From positions 1-41,016 of the forward strand of contig JBBQPO010000018.1 in NCBI GenBank assembly GCA_038217285.1: DNA of 41,016 bases, read 5' to 3'. The stretch's first letter is position 1; each line of letters opens with the position of its first letter. Made by a program: the position numbers and the translations under genes. This stretch comes from Chthonomonadales bacterium. Its GTDB lineage: Bacteria; Armatimonadota; Chthonomonadetes; Chthonomonadales; Chthonomonadaceae. Below the pieces are notes generated by a model. That model made no database searches and had not been told where the DNA came from. It worked only from the letters and a program-made list of their open reading frames with translations. Shown in pieces: positions 26,231-37,239 of the stretch.

Positions 26231-27772
26231 ATGCCACATCGCTACAAATGTCAATCCTCTTTCCCTCGTTGCTTTCGCCTGCAACCTTTAGCGCTCCAGG
26301 GCTTTCTGCTCCTCTTCTGTTTGGGGGCCAGAGCCGCCTGGGCGCATCCCATGGGCAACTTCTCGATCAACCACTACGCCCGGTTCGAAGCACACCCGAC
26401 AGAGCTGCACCTGCGCTATATCCTCGACTTTGCCGAGATTCCGACGGTCACGGAGCGCACTCTGATGCATGCCGACGAAAGCGGTCGGGTGAGCAGTGCG
26501 GATCGGGACGCCTATCTGCGCCGCAAATCCGGTGAGATGCTGGCCGGTCTCTCCATCACCGTCAACGCCCGTGCGATGGCTCCCACACTGCAGTCCAGCC
26601 AGTTGGCGTTTCAACCGGGTTCGGGCGGGCTGCCCATTTTGCGCGTCATTCTGGACGGGGTGATCGCCCTGCCGAATCCGTCCCCCTCTTCCGGCTGGCA
26701 GATCGTCTATCAGGACACCAACTATGCGACGCGCACCGGCTGGAAAGAGGTTCTGGCGCAGAGTGAGGGAGGGATTGTCCTCACAGCCTCGTCCGTTCCC
26801 ACCATCGATCTCAGCCGCGAGTTGACCAACTATCCCACCGATCCCGGTGCGGTTCCGCCTCGCCTCACCGAGGCGACTTTTACACTTCAGACAGGGAGCG
26901 CGACGGCAAGCACAGGCAAGAAGCCAACGGCAATGGTCTCTCCGCAGTCATCAGCGAACAACTCACCCTCCGGCGGAAACAGCAGCACGCCACGCGACCC
27001 CTTTACGCAGGCGATTGCCGCGAAAACACTGACGAGCGGGGTCGTGGTTCTGTCGCTGGGGCTGTCGTTCCTGTTCGGGGCATTTCATGCCCTGTCGCCG
27101 GGGCACGGCAAAACGATGGTGGCTGCCTATCTCGTCGGGACGCGAGGAACCGCGAAGCACGCGGTGTTTCTAGGGCTGGTGGTCACACTCACGCATACCA
27201 TCGGGGTGTTCGTGCTCGGCCTCGTCACTTTTGTCGCCGCGCAGTACATCGTCCCAGAGCGACTCTATCCGGTGTTGAGTGGGCTGTCAGGGCTCGGAAT
27301 TCTGATCATCGGGCTGGGAATGCTCTGGGCACGTCTGGCCGCGCTCAACCGCGCCCACGCAGCAGGCCCCGACCTCTACGCCGATAACGACGAACGCGAA
27401 GCCTTTTTCCAGCAGGAAGAGGGGGCGGTCGCTTCTCCCAGTGGAGAAAAGCAAGAGCCGCTTTCGCTGCGAACGCTGCTGGTGCTGGGCATTACCGGCG
27501 GCATCTTACCGTGTCCCTCGGCTCTGGTGGTGATGCTGAGCGCGATCTATCTGCACCGTATCGCCTTCGGTATGACAATGATCGTGGCGTTCAGCCTCGG
27601 CCTCGCGACCGTGCTGACGATCATCGGCGTCCTGGTCGTGCGCGCCCGTGGCTGGCTGGAAAAGCTGCCACTGACCGGGGCGCTCACCTCCCGCCTCCCA
27701 GTGGTGAGCGCCGCCATTGTCACGGTTCTGGGCCTCATCCTGCTCGTCCGCGCCCTCAACGGCCAGTTCTAA
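26231..27772 (+). CDS. RcnA/NicO (HoxN/HupN/NixA-annotated) nickel/cobalt transporter with extracytoplasmic N-terminal domain
   Basis: AWA-HPMGNFSINHY N-terminus, GWKE, TM domain with GAFHALSPGHGKTMVAAYL, VTLTHT, GGILPCPSAL and FSLGLA. Confidence 0.88.
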   Translation: MPHRYKCQSSFPRCFRLQPLALQGFLLLFCLGARAAWAHPMGNFSINHYARFEAHPTELHLRYILDFAEIPTVTERTLMHADESGRVSSADRDAYLRRKSGEMLAGLSITVNARAMAPTLQSSQLAFQPGSGGLPILRVILDGVIALPNPSPSSGWQIVYQDTNYATRTGWKEVLAQSEGGIVLTASSVPTIDLSRELTNYPTDPGAVPPRLTEATFTLQTGSATASTGKKPTAMVSPQSSANNSPSGGNSSTPRDPFTQAIAAKTLTSGVVVLSLGLSFLFGAFHALSPGHGKTMVAAYLVGTRGTAKHAVFLGLVVTLTHTIGVFVLGLVTFVAAQYIVPERLYPVLSGLSGLGILIIGLGMLWARLAALNRAHAAGPDLYADNDEREAFFQQEEGAVASPSGEKQEPLSLRTLLVLGITGGILPCPSALVVMLSAIYLHRIAFGMTMIVAFSLGLATVLTIIGVLVVRARGWLEKLPLTGALTSRLPVVSAAIVTVLGLILLVRALNGQF

Positions 27773-27779
27773 CAAGTCG

Positions 27780-28190
27780 CTACGCGCCGTCCTTTTTATG
27801 GAACTGGAGGCTGGCGGAGTTGATGCAGTAGCGCAGGCCGGTGGGGGCGGGGCCATCCTCGAAGACATGGCCGAGGTGCCCGCCGCAGCGGCTGCAGACG
27901 ACCTCTGTGCGCTCCATGCCGTGACTTCGGTCTGTGCGGGTTTCGACATGGCCGCTTTTCAGCGCGTCGTAGAAGCTGGGCCAGCCACAGCCTGAGTCGA
28001 ACTTGGTGTCGGAGCCGAACAACTCCTGCCCACAGGCGGCGCATGTGTAGGTTCCGTCGTCCTTCAGATTCCAGTATTTGCCGGTGAACTGGGACTCGGT
28101 TCCCTGCTGTCGTAGGACGCGATACTCTTCCGGGGTTAGCGCTTCGCGCCACTCCGCGTCGGTTTTTGTAATCTTCTCGGGGCTTGTCAT
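27780..28190 (-). CDS. msrB: Peptide-methionine (R)-S-oxide reductase
   Basis: [52 protein letters not shown] and RYCINS. Confidence 0.97.
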   Translation of the reverse strand: MTSPEKITKTDAEWREALTPEEYRVLRQQGTESQFTGKYWNLKDDGTYTCAACGQELFGSDTKFDSGCGWPSFYDALKSGHVETRTDRSHGMERTEVVCSRCGGHLGHVFEDGPAPTGLRYCINSASLQFHKKDGA

Positions 28191-28236
28191 CTCGTCATCT
28201 CCCTGTTTTATGGCAGATCGACTCTGCTCTCTTGCA

Positions 28237-28262
28237 GACGCCGGGACACCGACAGGAGTTCC
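28237..28262 (-). promoter_or_regulatory. ECF-type promoter of msrB
   Basis: Minus strand GGAAC (28262-28258), 17 nt spacer, CGTC (28240-28237). Confidence 0.7.
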
Positions 28263-28317
28263 CACGGACAGTTGTTGATTTTCGATTGCGCCATTCCTGG
28301 TGCCGGAGCGTGCCGAT

Positions 28318-29022
28318 CTAGGGTTCGCCGGAGGGCTTTTTGGCGCCGGTCGATTCTGCGGTTTTTTTGACAGGCTCTGCGGAGTGAACAGGTGCTTTTG
28401 AAGCGACAGTATGCAGGTAGCCGTTCAGGAAAAGTATCAGGCCGATGGCTCCTGCCAGCATGCTGATGTACCAGACACTGCGGCGCTTGGTGAGCGCGGC
28501 GATAGCGGAGAGGGCGATAGCGACCTGAGTGCAGGTGACGCAGAGCGCGAAGATTTCGTGGTGCTTAAACTTTTCTTCCGCTTCCTTTGCCTTTTCATCG
28601 CGCTGTTTCTCGAACTCCCTGGCGTCGTCCATTCCTTTGTCTTTTTTCTTTTCGTATCGGGCCGATTCCTTGGTCCAGAATTTTTCGGCGTCGGGCGGAT
28701 GGCCCGGCAGCGCTGCCAGGATGGCGACGGTCTGTTTGGCGGAGTTGCTCTTGATGCCCGCCGACTGGTAGTAGTTCCATTGGTCCGATGCCTGTGCCTG
28801 AAACACAATCGACTGGTTTTTATCGATCAAGGCTTCGTTGGCGAGTGAGCCTGCCTGCAGCGCGGCGACGGCGGCGATGACGGCCAGAAAAGCCGTCGTC
28901 AGGGAGATATAGCGTGTCCAGGCGTTTGCCTTTTCCTCCTCTGCCCGCTCTTCGCGCTCCTTATGCAGCTCTTCGATGGTCTCTTGCAGGTGCTCTGTCT
29001 CGATCTCGATCTCTTCCGGCAT
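28318..29022 (-). CDS. DUF4337-family membrane protein
   Basis: [26 protein letters not shown], coiled coil, [13 protein letters not shown] and terminal TMs; GAGGAG RBS. Confidence 0.85.
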   Translation of the reverse strand: MPEEIEIETEHLQETIEELHKEREERAEEEKANAWTRYISLTTAFLAVIAAVAALQAGSLANEALIDKNQSIVFQAQASDQWNYYQSAGIKSNSAKQTVAILAALPGHPPDAEKFWTKESARYEKKKDKGMDDAREFEKQRDEKAKEAEEKFKHHEIFALCVTCTQVAIALSAIAALTKRRSVWYISMLAGAIGLILFLNGYLHTVASKAPVHSAEPVKKTAESTGAKKPSGEP

Positions 29023-29319
29023 CGCGTATTTTCTCCTCTTTGAACAGACTCACATCTGTGGCCTACAGGCCCTGTCGGTATCCTTTCTGCATCCCGTCGC
29101 GGCAATCCTCCGCGCAGGGGGCGCTGTGGTGCCATTCACCCCCCACCGGTACTTGACAACGGCGATATGAACGCCTATAATCTTCGTCGGGATCGCCCGA
29201 CGCATTCCGCTTTTGCGCCTTATTTCTGTGTGGAACAAGGCGGGTTTTTCTTTGCGATGCGGTGCGACGACGTATCGTGCCAATCGCCCATTTGTCGACC
29301 GGAGAAAGTAGTACCCATC

Positions 29320-30012
29320 ATGCCCGTAGATGCAAAGCTTCTTTGCAATATCCCTCTCTTCGAGGGGCTTACGCCCGATCAGATTGCCGTCGTCGCCGCG
29401 AAAGCCCGGCAGCGCACCTATAAAGCGGAAGAGGCGATCGTTCATCAGGACGATCCGGGCGAGACGCTGTACATCGTCCTGAGTGGCATCGTCAAGATCT
29501 CCATGATCGGAACGGATGGCAACGAGGTGTTTCTGGCGGTGCTGGCTGCCGGGGAGAACTTCGGGGAGCTGAGCCTGATCGATTCGCAGTTCCGCTCGGC
29601 CGATGTCGTCACACAGGAAGAGACGACCCTGCTCTCCATTGATCGGGCCACTTTCAACGACCTGATCGCGACTGTCCCGCCCTTCTCCATGAACCTGCTG
29701 CGTATTCTGGCGCACCGTACCCGTCGCGCCAATGTGCGTATTCATGCCCACTGTACGCTGGACGTGTTCGGCCTGGTGGCGCGCCAACTGCTGGAGTTCT
29801 CCGAACTCTACGGCATGATGCAGCCGGACAACAGCGTTCTGATTCCCATTCGTCTGACGCAGGGCGATATCGGGGATCTTGTCGGTGCATCCCGCGAGCG
29901 TGTGAACCAGGTGATGGGCCATTTCCGCGAAAAAAAGATGATCTCGGTCGATCCCAAAACGTACCGGATCACGGTGATCAAGCCGGGTGAACTGCTGAAG
30001 CGGCTACAGTAG
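29320..30012 (+). CDS. Crp/Fnr-family transcriptional regulator
   Basis: IPLFEGL, LYIVLSGIVKI, FGELSLID...RSADV cNMP pocket and HTH LTQGDIGDLVGASRERVN. Confidence 0.93.
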   Translation: MPVDAKLLCNIPLFEGLTPDQIAVVAAKARQRTYKAEEAIVHQDDPGETLYIVLSGIVKISMIGTDGNEVFLAVLAAGENFGELSLIDSQFRSADVVTQEETTLLSIDRATFNDLIATVPPFSMNLLRILAHRTRRANVRIHAHCTLDVFGLVARQLLEFSELYGMMQPDNSVLIPIRLTQGDIGDLVGASRERVNQVMGHFREKKMISVDPKTYRITVIKPGELLKRLQ

Positions 30013-30036
30013 TTTCGATCCATTGTTCCCACCGCG

Positions 30037-30084
30037 TTCAGGCTCCTCTGCATCGGGTTGCAATCCGAGGGAGAGGAGCCTGAA
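30037..30084. terminator. Hairpin between the convergent Crp and gpmA genes
   Basis: TTCAGGCTCCTCT / AGAGGAGCCTGAA, a 13-bp stem. Confidence 0.65.
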
Positions 30085-30106
30085 TAACGTTGTTTGGAGT
30101 CGGGGG

Positions 30107-30718
30107 TCAGAGCTCCGCTTTGTTAAGGACGCTGCCCATCGAGTCGATGTCGTAGACGATGGGGACGCCGTTGGGGATGTTGAGCTCCAGAATCTGCGCT
30201 TCGTCCAGATTGTCCAGCTTCATCACGATAGCGCGGAGGCTGTTGCCGTGCGCCGAGACGATGATGTTGCGGCCCGCCTTGACTTCCGGCAGGATCTTGT
30301 CGTAGAAGTAGGGCAGGGTGCGGGCGGCTGTGTCTTTGAGGCTCTCGCCGTTGGGCGGCTTGACATCGAAGCTGCGCCGCCACAGTTTCACCTGAGCGTC
30401 CCCGAACTTCTCCGCCGTCTCCGCTTTGTTCAGCCCCTGCAGGTCCCCGTAGTGTCGTTCGTTGAGAGCCTGATCCTCACTGGTGGGTAGCCCCTCCTGG
30501 CCGGCGGCGCGCAGACAGATGGTCAGGGTGTCGATGGCGCGTTTCAGCACGGAGGTGAACGCCTCATCCAGATGGATGCCGGCCAGATGGATCTTCTTGC
30601 CGGCTTCTTCGGCCTCTTTCATCCCGGCCTCGGTAAGCTCAATATCGACCCAACCGGTGAAGCGGTTTTCCAGGTTCCAGGTCGACTGCCCATGTCGGAG
30701 CAGTATCAGTTTCGCCAA
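30107..30718 (-). CDS. gpmA: 2,3-bisphosphoglycerate-dependent phosphoglycerate mutase
   Basis: [46 protein letters not shown] and AHGNSLR; TTG start with AAGGAG RBS. Confidence 0.96.
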   Translation of the reverse strand: MAKLILLRHGQSTWNLENRFTGWVDIELTEAGMKEAEEAGKKIHLAGIHLDEAFTSVLKRAIDTLTICLRAAGQEGLPTSEDQALNERHYGDLQGLNKAETAEKFGDAQVKLWRRSFDVKPPNGESLKDTAARTLPYFYDKILPEVKAGRNIIVSAHGNSLRAIVMKLDNLDEAQILELNIPNGVPIVYDIDSMGSVLNKAEL

Positions 30719-30743
30719 TGCGTTCTCCTTCTTTGGTTCGGGG

Positions 30744-32027
30744 TTATCCCAAATTTTCCAGCGCACCCACAAAGTCGGCCAGGGTCAGGGCGCGGGTAAT
30801 CTCATGTTCCTTCTCGGTGCTGTCGGCGATCCGGATGAGCGCCTGCAGGCCCGCCTCGTTGACGAGCGCCCGAATATCGGCCCCGCTGTAGCCTGCGCTG
30901 CGTTTGGCGAGCTCCGCCAGATCGACATCGGCAGCGAGGTGGGCATGCCGGGTGCTGACCGCGAAGAGCTGCCGCCGCGCCTCCTCGTCCGGCATGGGGA
31001 TCTCGATCTCTCGGGAGAGCCTGCCGCCGCGCCGCACGGCCGGATCGAGCATGTCCGGGCGGTTGGTCGCGCCGACCAGAAAGACGCGGTTGTTGGCCTG
31101 AATGCCGTCCATCTCCTGCAGAAACTGGTTGACGACCTTGTCGGAATGGATCGCAATACCGCCCTGCCGTACCGGTAACAGCGCATCGATCTCATCGACG
31201 AAGATGATGGCCGGGGGGTTGGCGCGGGCGCGGGCGAACAGGTCACGGACCCGCTTTTCGCTCTCCCCGACATACATCTGATGGATGTCGGCCGGGGTGA
31301 TGGAGACGAAGTTGCACTTCGCCTCGTTCGCCAGGATGCGGGCGATGGTGGTCTTGCCGGTGCCGGGCGGGCCTTTGAGCAGAATGCCGGTGGGGGCCTG
31401 CACACCGAGTTCTTTGGCCAGGTCGGGGCGCTCCAGCATCAACTGCATCTGCCGCAGCTCGCGCTTGGTCTTCGGGTTCAAGACCAGATCGTCCCAACTG
31501 AGCTTATCAGGCTCGGTAGTCTGCGCCATCGTGGGCGGAGGGGCGTCGGAATGCTCAAACTGCCGGGCATAGGCGGTATAGGTGGGATTGGAGGGTTCGA
31601 ACTGGGCGGCCTTGCGGGCGGCCTGTTCCGCCTCGCCCTTGCGATCCAGCGCGAACAGCGCCTTGCCCAGGTAGTGGCAGGCGCGGGCATGTTCGGGATC
31701 ACGCTCCAGTACGGAGCGCAGGTAGTGGACCGAGTCGTTCAGGAGCTGCCGATAGGCCTGGAACTTGCGCTTGCCGTTAAAGGCGGTCTGCTCGAAGCCA
31801 AACACCTGCGCGCCATAGGCGACGGCCATATCGCCCAGCGATGGCTTTTCGGATTCGGCATGGTTCCAGAGGCTCCAGCCGAGCCGGAAGCGCGCCTCGG
31901 TATTCTCGGGGTCCAGCGCGACGGCCTTGCGGAACGCCTCGACTCCCCCGCTCCAGTCGTAGACTCGGGCGCGCTGCATGCCACGATGCAGGGCGTCTTC
32001 AGTTGTCTCGGGTAGGGTGTTGGTCAT
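30744..32027 (-). CDS. TPR-repeat AAA+ ATPase (single classic AAA module)
   Basis: N-terminal TPR helices; [13 protein letters not shown], pore loop [15 protein letters not shown] and [27 protein letters not shown]. Confidence 0.9.
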   Translation of the reverse strand: MTNTLPETTEDALHRGMQRARVYDWSGGVEAFRKAVALDPENTEARFRLGWSLWNHAESEKPSLGDMAVAYGAQVFGFEQTAFNGKRKFQAYRQLLNDSVHYLRSVLERDPEHARACHYLGKALFALDRKGEAEQAARKAAQFEPSNPTYTAYARQFEHSDAPPPTMAQTTEPDKLSWDDLVLNPKTKRELRQMQLMLERPDLAKELGVQAPTGILLKGPPGTGKTTIARILANEAKCNFVSITPADIHQMYVGESEKRVRDLFARARANPPAIIFVDEIDALLPVRQGGIAIHSDKVVNQFLQEMDGIQANNRVFLVGATNRPDMLDPAVRRGGRLSREIEIPMPDEEARRQLFAVSTRHAHLAADVDLAELAKRSAGYSGADIRALVNEAGLQALIRIADSTEKEHEITRALTLADFVGALENLG

Positions 32028-32039
32028 ACGGGGTTCTGG

Positions 32040-32903
<864 letters not shown>

Positions 32904-33138
32904 GGCTCTTCTCTTTTCCGCATCACAGTGTCGGGAGTTTGCGGTTGTACGCTTCCCTACCTCTATTGTACCTGCAAAACTCCCGCCCGGTTCCGTTCGA
33001 GCGTTCGAGGCACACGGTCTGCGGCCCTGGCAGGCATGATGACAGAGAGGTATAATAAAGGCTGAGCCGAGTCAGAAGTTTGCGTAGGACACGCAGGGTT
33101 TCGGAGAGCGAAGAGATCCGGGGCCGAAGGAGAGATCG

Positions 33139-33495
33139 ATGATCACCGTTGCCAATCGCATTTATGTCGCGCCCGAGTATGCCGAGCAGTTCGAGGAGGC
33201 CTTCCGCAAACGGGCGGGTCTGGTGGACGGGATGCCCGGATTCATCTCGAATCAGGTGCTGCGCCCCGTTACGCCCGACGATCCCTATATCATCCTGACG
33301 CTCTGGAATGCCCGCACCGACTTCGAAGCCTGGATTCGATCCGACGCTTTCATGCAAGGCCACGCCAAATCCGGCACCCTTCCGAAAGAGGCCTACACCG
33401 CTCCGAATAAACTGGAAGTGCATGAAGTCGTCCAGGACTCCAGCCGCTCCGATCTGACCCCCGAACCCCACGGCGGCCCCTTCAAAATGCACTGA
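33139..33495 (+). CDS. ABM-domain monooxygenase, IsdG/MhuD/HmoA heme-degrading-like
   Basis: MITVANRI.V, FEEAFRKRAGLVDGMPGF and W...DFEAWIRSDAF..GH; AAGGAG RBS. Confidence 0.85.
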   Translation: MITVANRIYVAPEYAEQFEEAFRKRAGLVDGMPGFISNQVLRPVTPDDPYIILTLWNARTDFEAWIRSDAFMQGHAKSGTLPKEAYTAPNKLEVHEVVQDSSRSDLTPEPHGGPFKMH

Positions 33496-33906
33496 GGGCA
33501 CCGTTGCCTAAATGCTTCTCCGATGGCTTTTGCTTGCAGCGACATGAGCCGGTCGACACCTCTGTCAGCCGTTCCCATCCGTCGTATTATAGGGAGGCGG
33601 CGTGGATACGGGCGCGCCCACCCTGGCCTGGGCGCGAGAGTTGTGTCACCTGACGCTTACGGGTCCAGGTCATCGCGTTAGAACCCGCCTTGCCGACGAA
33701 CGGCGGACAAAGGTTTTCATCAAGAAATGAACTCCGTTTGCAGAAATAGCGAAAAGATGGCGTAACCCCTTTGCCGGAATTATCGTCTAATGACAGAACC
33801 GAGCTTAATCGCACCATCACCCTGAATGGAGCCTTTGATGATCTCCCCATCCCGACAATTTCCGGATTTCCTCTCCTGCTCTGCCCACAAGAGTGGGGAG
33901 CGTAAA

Positions 33907-36066
33907 ATGCCCTGGCTCCGTTTTGCAGCCCCTATCGCCCTGATGGCGGCGCTATGCGCCTTCGGTTTCCTGCCTGCCCAAACGCCCGCATTCGGGCAGG
34001 CGGCGAAGAGCAAGGCCGGAGTCCCACTGCCACCCCCTCCAGCCACTGCAGCCGAACCGAAAGAGACGCCTGCCGCCGCGACCGAGCACGCCTACTACAC
34101 GGTCTGTATGAACCTGATCCAGCGCGAATGGGAGGTGAACCATACGGCGCGGGTGCTGGAACTTCTGGAAGATACAAAGAACAGCCGCTTCCGGGGATTC
34201 GAGTGGGGCTACTGGAGCCGGATGTGCCGACGCGAAGTAAAGCTTCTCAATCATCCCGCCTTCGCCATCGCCATCTCTCCGGATGGAAGCCGGATCGCGC
34301 TGGGGGATGAGAACAGCAGCGTCACCCTCTGCGACGCCGCGACGGGAAAAGAGATCTGGACCGGGAAAGAGAAGCCGGTCAGCGGCCGGGGCGGCTGGAT
34401 GAGGACCCTGGCCTTTACTCCGGATGGGAAGCACCTGCTCAGTTGTGACAGCGAATCCACCACCGTCGTCTGGGATGCAAAGACAGGCGAAGCGCTGCAG
34501 ACCCTCTTTGGGAGCTACAGCGGCACCCGCGCCGCCTTCTCCTCGGACGGCAAGCGGATGCTGATCAGCTATAGGGGAAGCTGGGGCGCGATCCGGGATC
34601 TGGCCACCGGCAAGGATCTGCTTACCAACCCCGCAAAGCAGTATGATCAGCTCTACAGCGTCGCTCTGTCGCCCAACGGCAAACGGTTTGCCCACTCCAA
34701 CGACGATAAAAAGGCGCATATCTCAGACGCCGAAACCGGCAAAGAGCTCTGTGCTACCTCCGCCCATGCCCTGCCGATAGACGGCATGACCTTCTCCCCA
34801 GACGGCAGCAAGCTGGTGACCGCCAGCCGGGATCATACAGCAAAAGTATGGGATGTGGAGACGGGGCGCGAACTGCACACTCTGTCCGGGCATACGGGCG
34901 AAGTCTGGATAGCCTGCTTCTCGCCGGACGGTAGGTATATCGCCACAGGCAGCGACGACGGGACGGCGCGTATCTGGGACACGGAGACAGGGAAGGAACT
35001 GCAGATCATCCGCGGCCATACGAGTAGCGTGGGGGCGCTGGCGTTCCACCCGAACGGCAGGCAACTCGTCACCGGAGCAGGGGATGGAACGACGAAGCTC
35101 TGGAATCTGGAAACAGGCGATCCCGCCCTCTCGCCGCAGAAGCCCGCCCTCTCCTGGCCGAAGGCAGGCAGCGATGCGGTGCAGCATGTGATGACGGGGA
35201 TGGGCGCCGGGATGCGCACCTTCTCGCCGGACGGGAACTATGTGGCGAGGGCATGGAAAAACGGTGCGGAGGTCTGGAACATCCCTCAGGGCAAAAGACT
35301 CTATTCCCTGAGCGCCAACGAAGGCGAGTATCTCGCGCTGGCCTTCTCCCCGGACAGCGCGCTTCTGGCGACTTCGACCGCAGACGGCGGCGTCAAGGTC
35401 CGGGAGGCCGCGTCCGGCAAAGAGATGCAGAGCCTGAAAGGCCACACTGGCGCCGTCTCCTCGCTTACTTTTCTCTACAGCAGCCAACTGGTCGCGACAG
35501 CAAGCGTGGATGGCACGGCGAAGATCTGGAATGTGAAGACCGGTCAGGAACGCCTGACGCTCAAAGGGCATACCGCCGGGCTTACCTCCATCCGCTTCTT
35601 CCCCGAAGGCAGCCATATCGTGACCGAATCGGCGGATAAGACCATGCGCGTCTGGGAGAGCACCACCGGCCGCCAGGTCGGTATGATGCTGGCAGGACTC
35701 GCAGGATGGATAACCCTCTCCCTGGACGGCAGCCGCGCCGTCAGCTACTATCCCTACAACATGCGGCTCTGGAACCTGAAGACCGGGCAGGAGATCCGCA
35801 CACTGCCGATCAACTCCGGCTATAGCCGGGGCATCGCCTTTTCGCCCGATCTGAAGCGGGTCTTCACCGGTACATCGGGCCAAGAACTCTCTGGCGTGAA
35901 CTACAGCGCCTTCCATATCTGGGACGCCGACACCGGGCGTGACCTCCTCACGCTGCCACGCAGCACCCGTAATGTGTCTGCTGCCCACTTTTCGCCGGAC
36001 GGAAAACAGATCCATGTGACCTATTGGGACGGCTATACCGACACCTTGCGGTCGGAACCCTTGTAA
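33907..36066 (+). CDS. Secreted WD40-repeat protein (probably two propellers)
   Basis: Signal peptide, helical FRGFEWGYW segment and many GH...FSPDG...D.T...WD repeats. Confidence 0.92.
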   Translation: MPWLRFAAPIALMAALCAFGFLPAQTPAFGQAAKSKAGVPLPPPPATAAEPKETPAAATEHAYYTVCMNLIQREWEVNHTARVLELLEDTKNSRFRGFEWGYWSRMCRREVKLLNHPAFAIAISPDGSRIALGDENSSVTLCDAATGKEIWTGKEKPVSGRGGWMRTLAFTPDGKHLLSCDSESTTVVWDAKTGEALQTLFGSYSGTRAAFSSDGKRMLISYRGSWGAIRDLATGKDLLTNPAKQYDQLYSVALSPNGKRFAHSNDDKKAHISDAETGKELCATSAHALPIDGMTFSPDGSKLVTASRDHTAKVWDVETGRELHTLSGHTGEVWIACFSPDGRYIATGSDDGTARIWDTETGKELQIIRGHTSSVGALAFHPNGRQLVTGAGDGTTKLWNLETGDPALSPQKPALSWPKAGSDAVQHVMTGMGAGMRTFSPDGNYVARAWKNGAEVWNIPQGKRLYSLSANEGEYLALAFSPDSALLATSTADGGVKVREAASGKEMQSLKGHTGAVSSLTFLYSSQLVATASVDGTAKIWNVKTGQERLTLKGHTAGLTSIRFFPEGSHIVTESADKTMRVWESTTGRQVGMMLAGLAGWITLSLDGSRAVSYYPYNMRLWNLKTGQEIRTLPINSGYSRGIAFSPDLKRVFTGTSGQELSGVNYSAFHIWDADTGRDLLTLPRSTRNVSAAHFSPDGKQIHVTYWDGYTDTLRSEPL

Positions 36067-36195
36067 TAAGATGAAATTCGCAGCGCGAATTTGGGGTATG
36101 CCGCGCAAGCGGCGTCTTCGTCATTCCCCAAATCGCCTAAAGGCGGCAGTCCCCTTGTCATATTTTTTTAGGGACTTCGCCTGCCTCCGTGATGC

Positions 36196-36224
36196 TTGAC
36201 AGGCCGCCGCCTAAGTGTTATGAT
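36196..36224 (+). promoter_or_regulatory. sigma70 promoter of the hydrolase-MFS operon
   Basis: TTGACA, 17 nt spacer, TATGAT, with extended TGn. Confidence 0.8.
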
Positions 36225-36363
36225 CTGGCAGCGAGAAACTATCCACACCGATCTCTGTCCACCTTTCCCTACGGGGGTTATCACCAACCGGAGCGAAGAA
36301 GGGCGTGACATAACCCTGCGTGAGACGTCGTCTCGGGTACACTCACAGGTATGTTTCGTCTGA

Positions 36364-37221
<858 letters not shown>

Positions 37222-37239
37222 GATGAAAAGGTTGTTTCC

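Noticed and set aside
32969-32994. GGAAC-N17-GGTA upstream of mqnD
   Set aside because: Only a partial -10 match, overlapping a sigma70-like TACAAT; ambiguous.
34260-36010. Recurrent DNA motifs such as TTCTCGCCGGACGG
   Set aside because: They are codon-level echoes of WD40 FSPDG repeats, not a DNA element or DGR.
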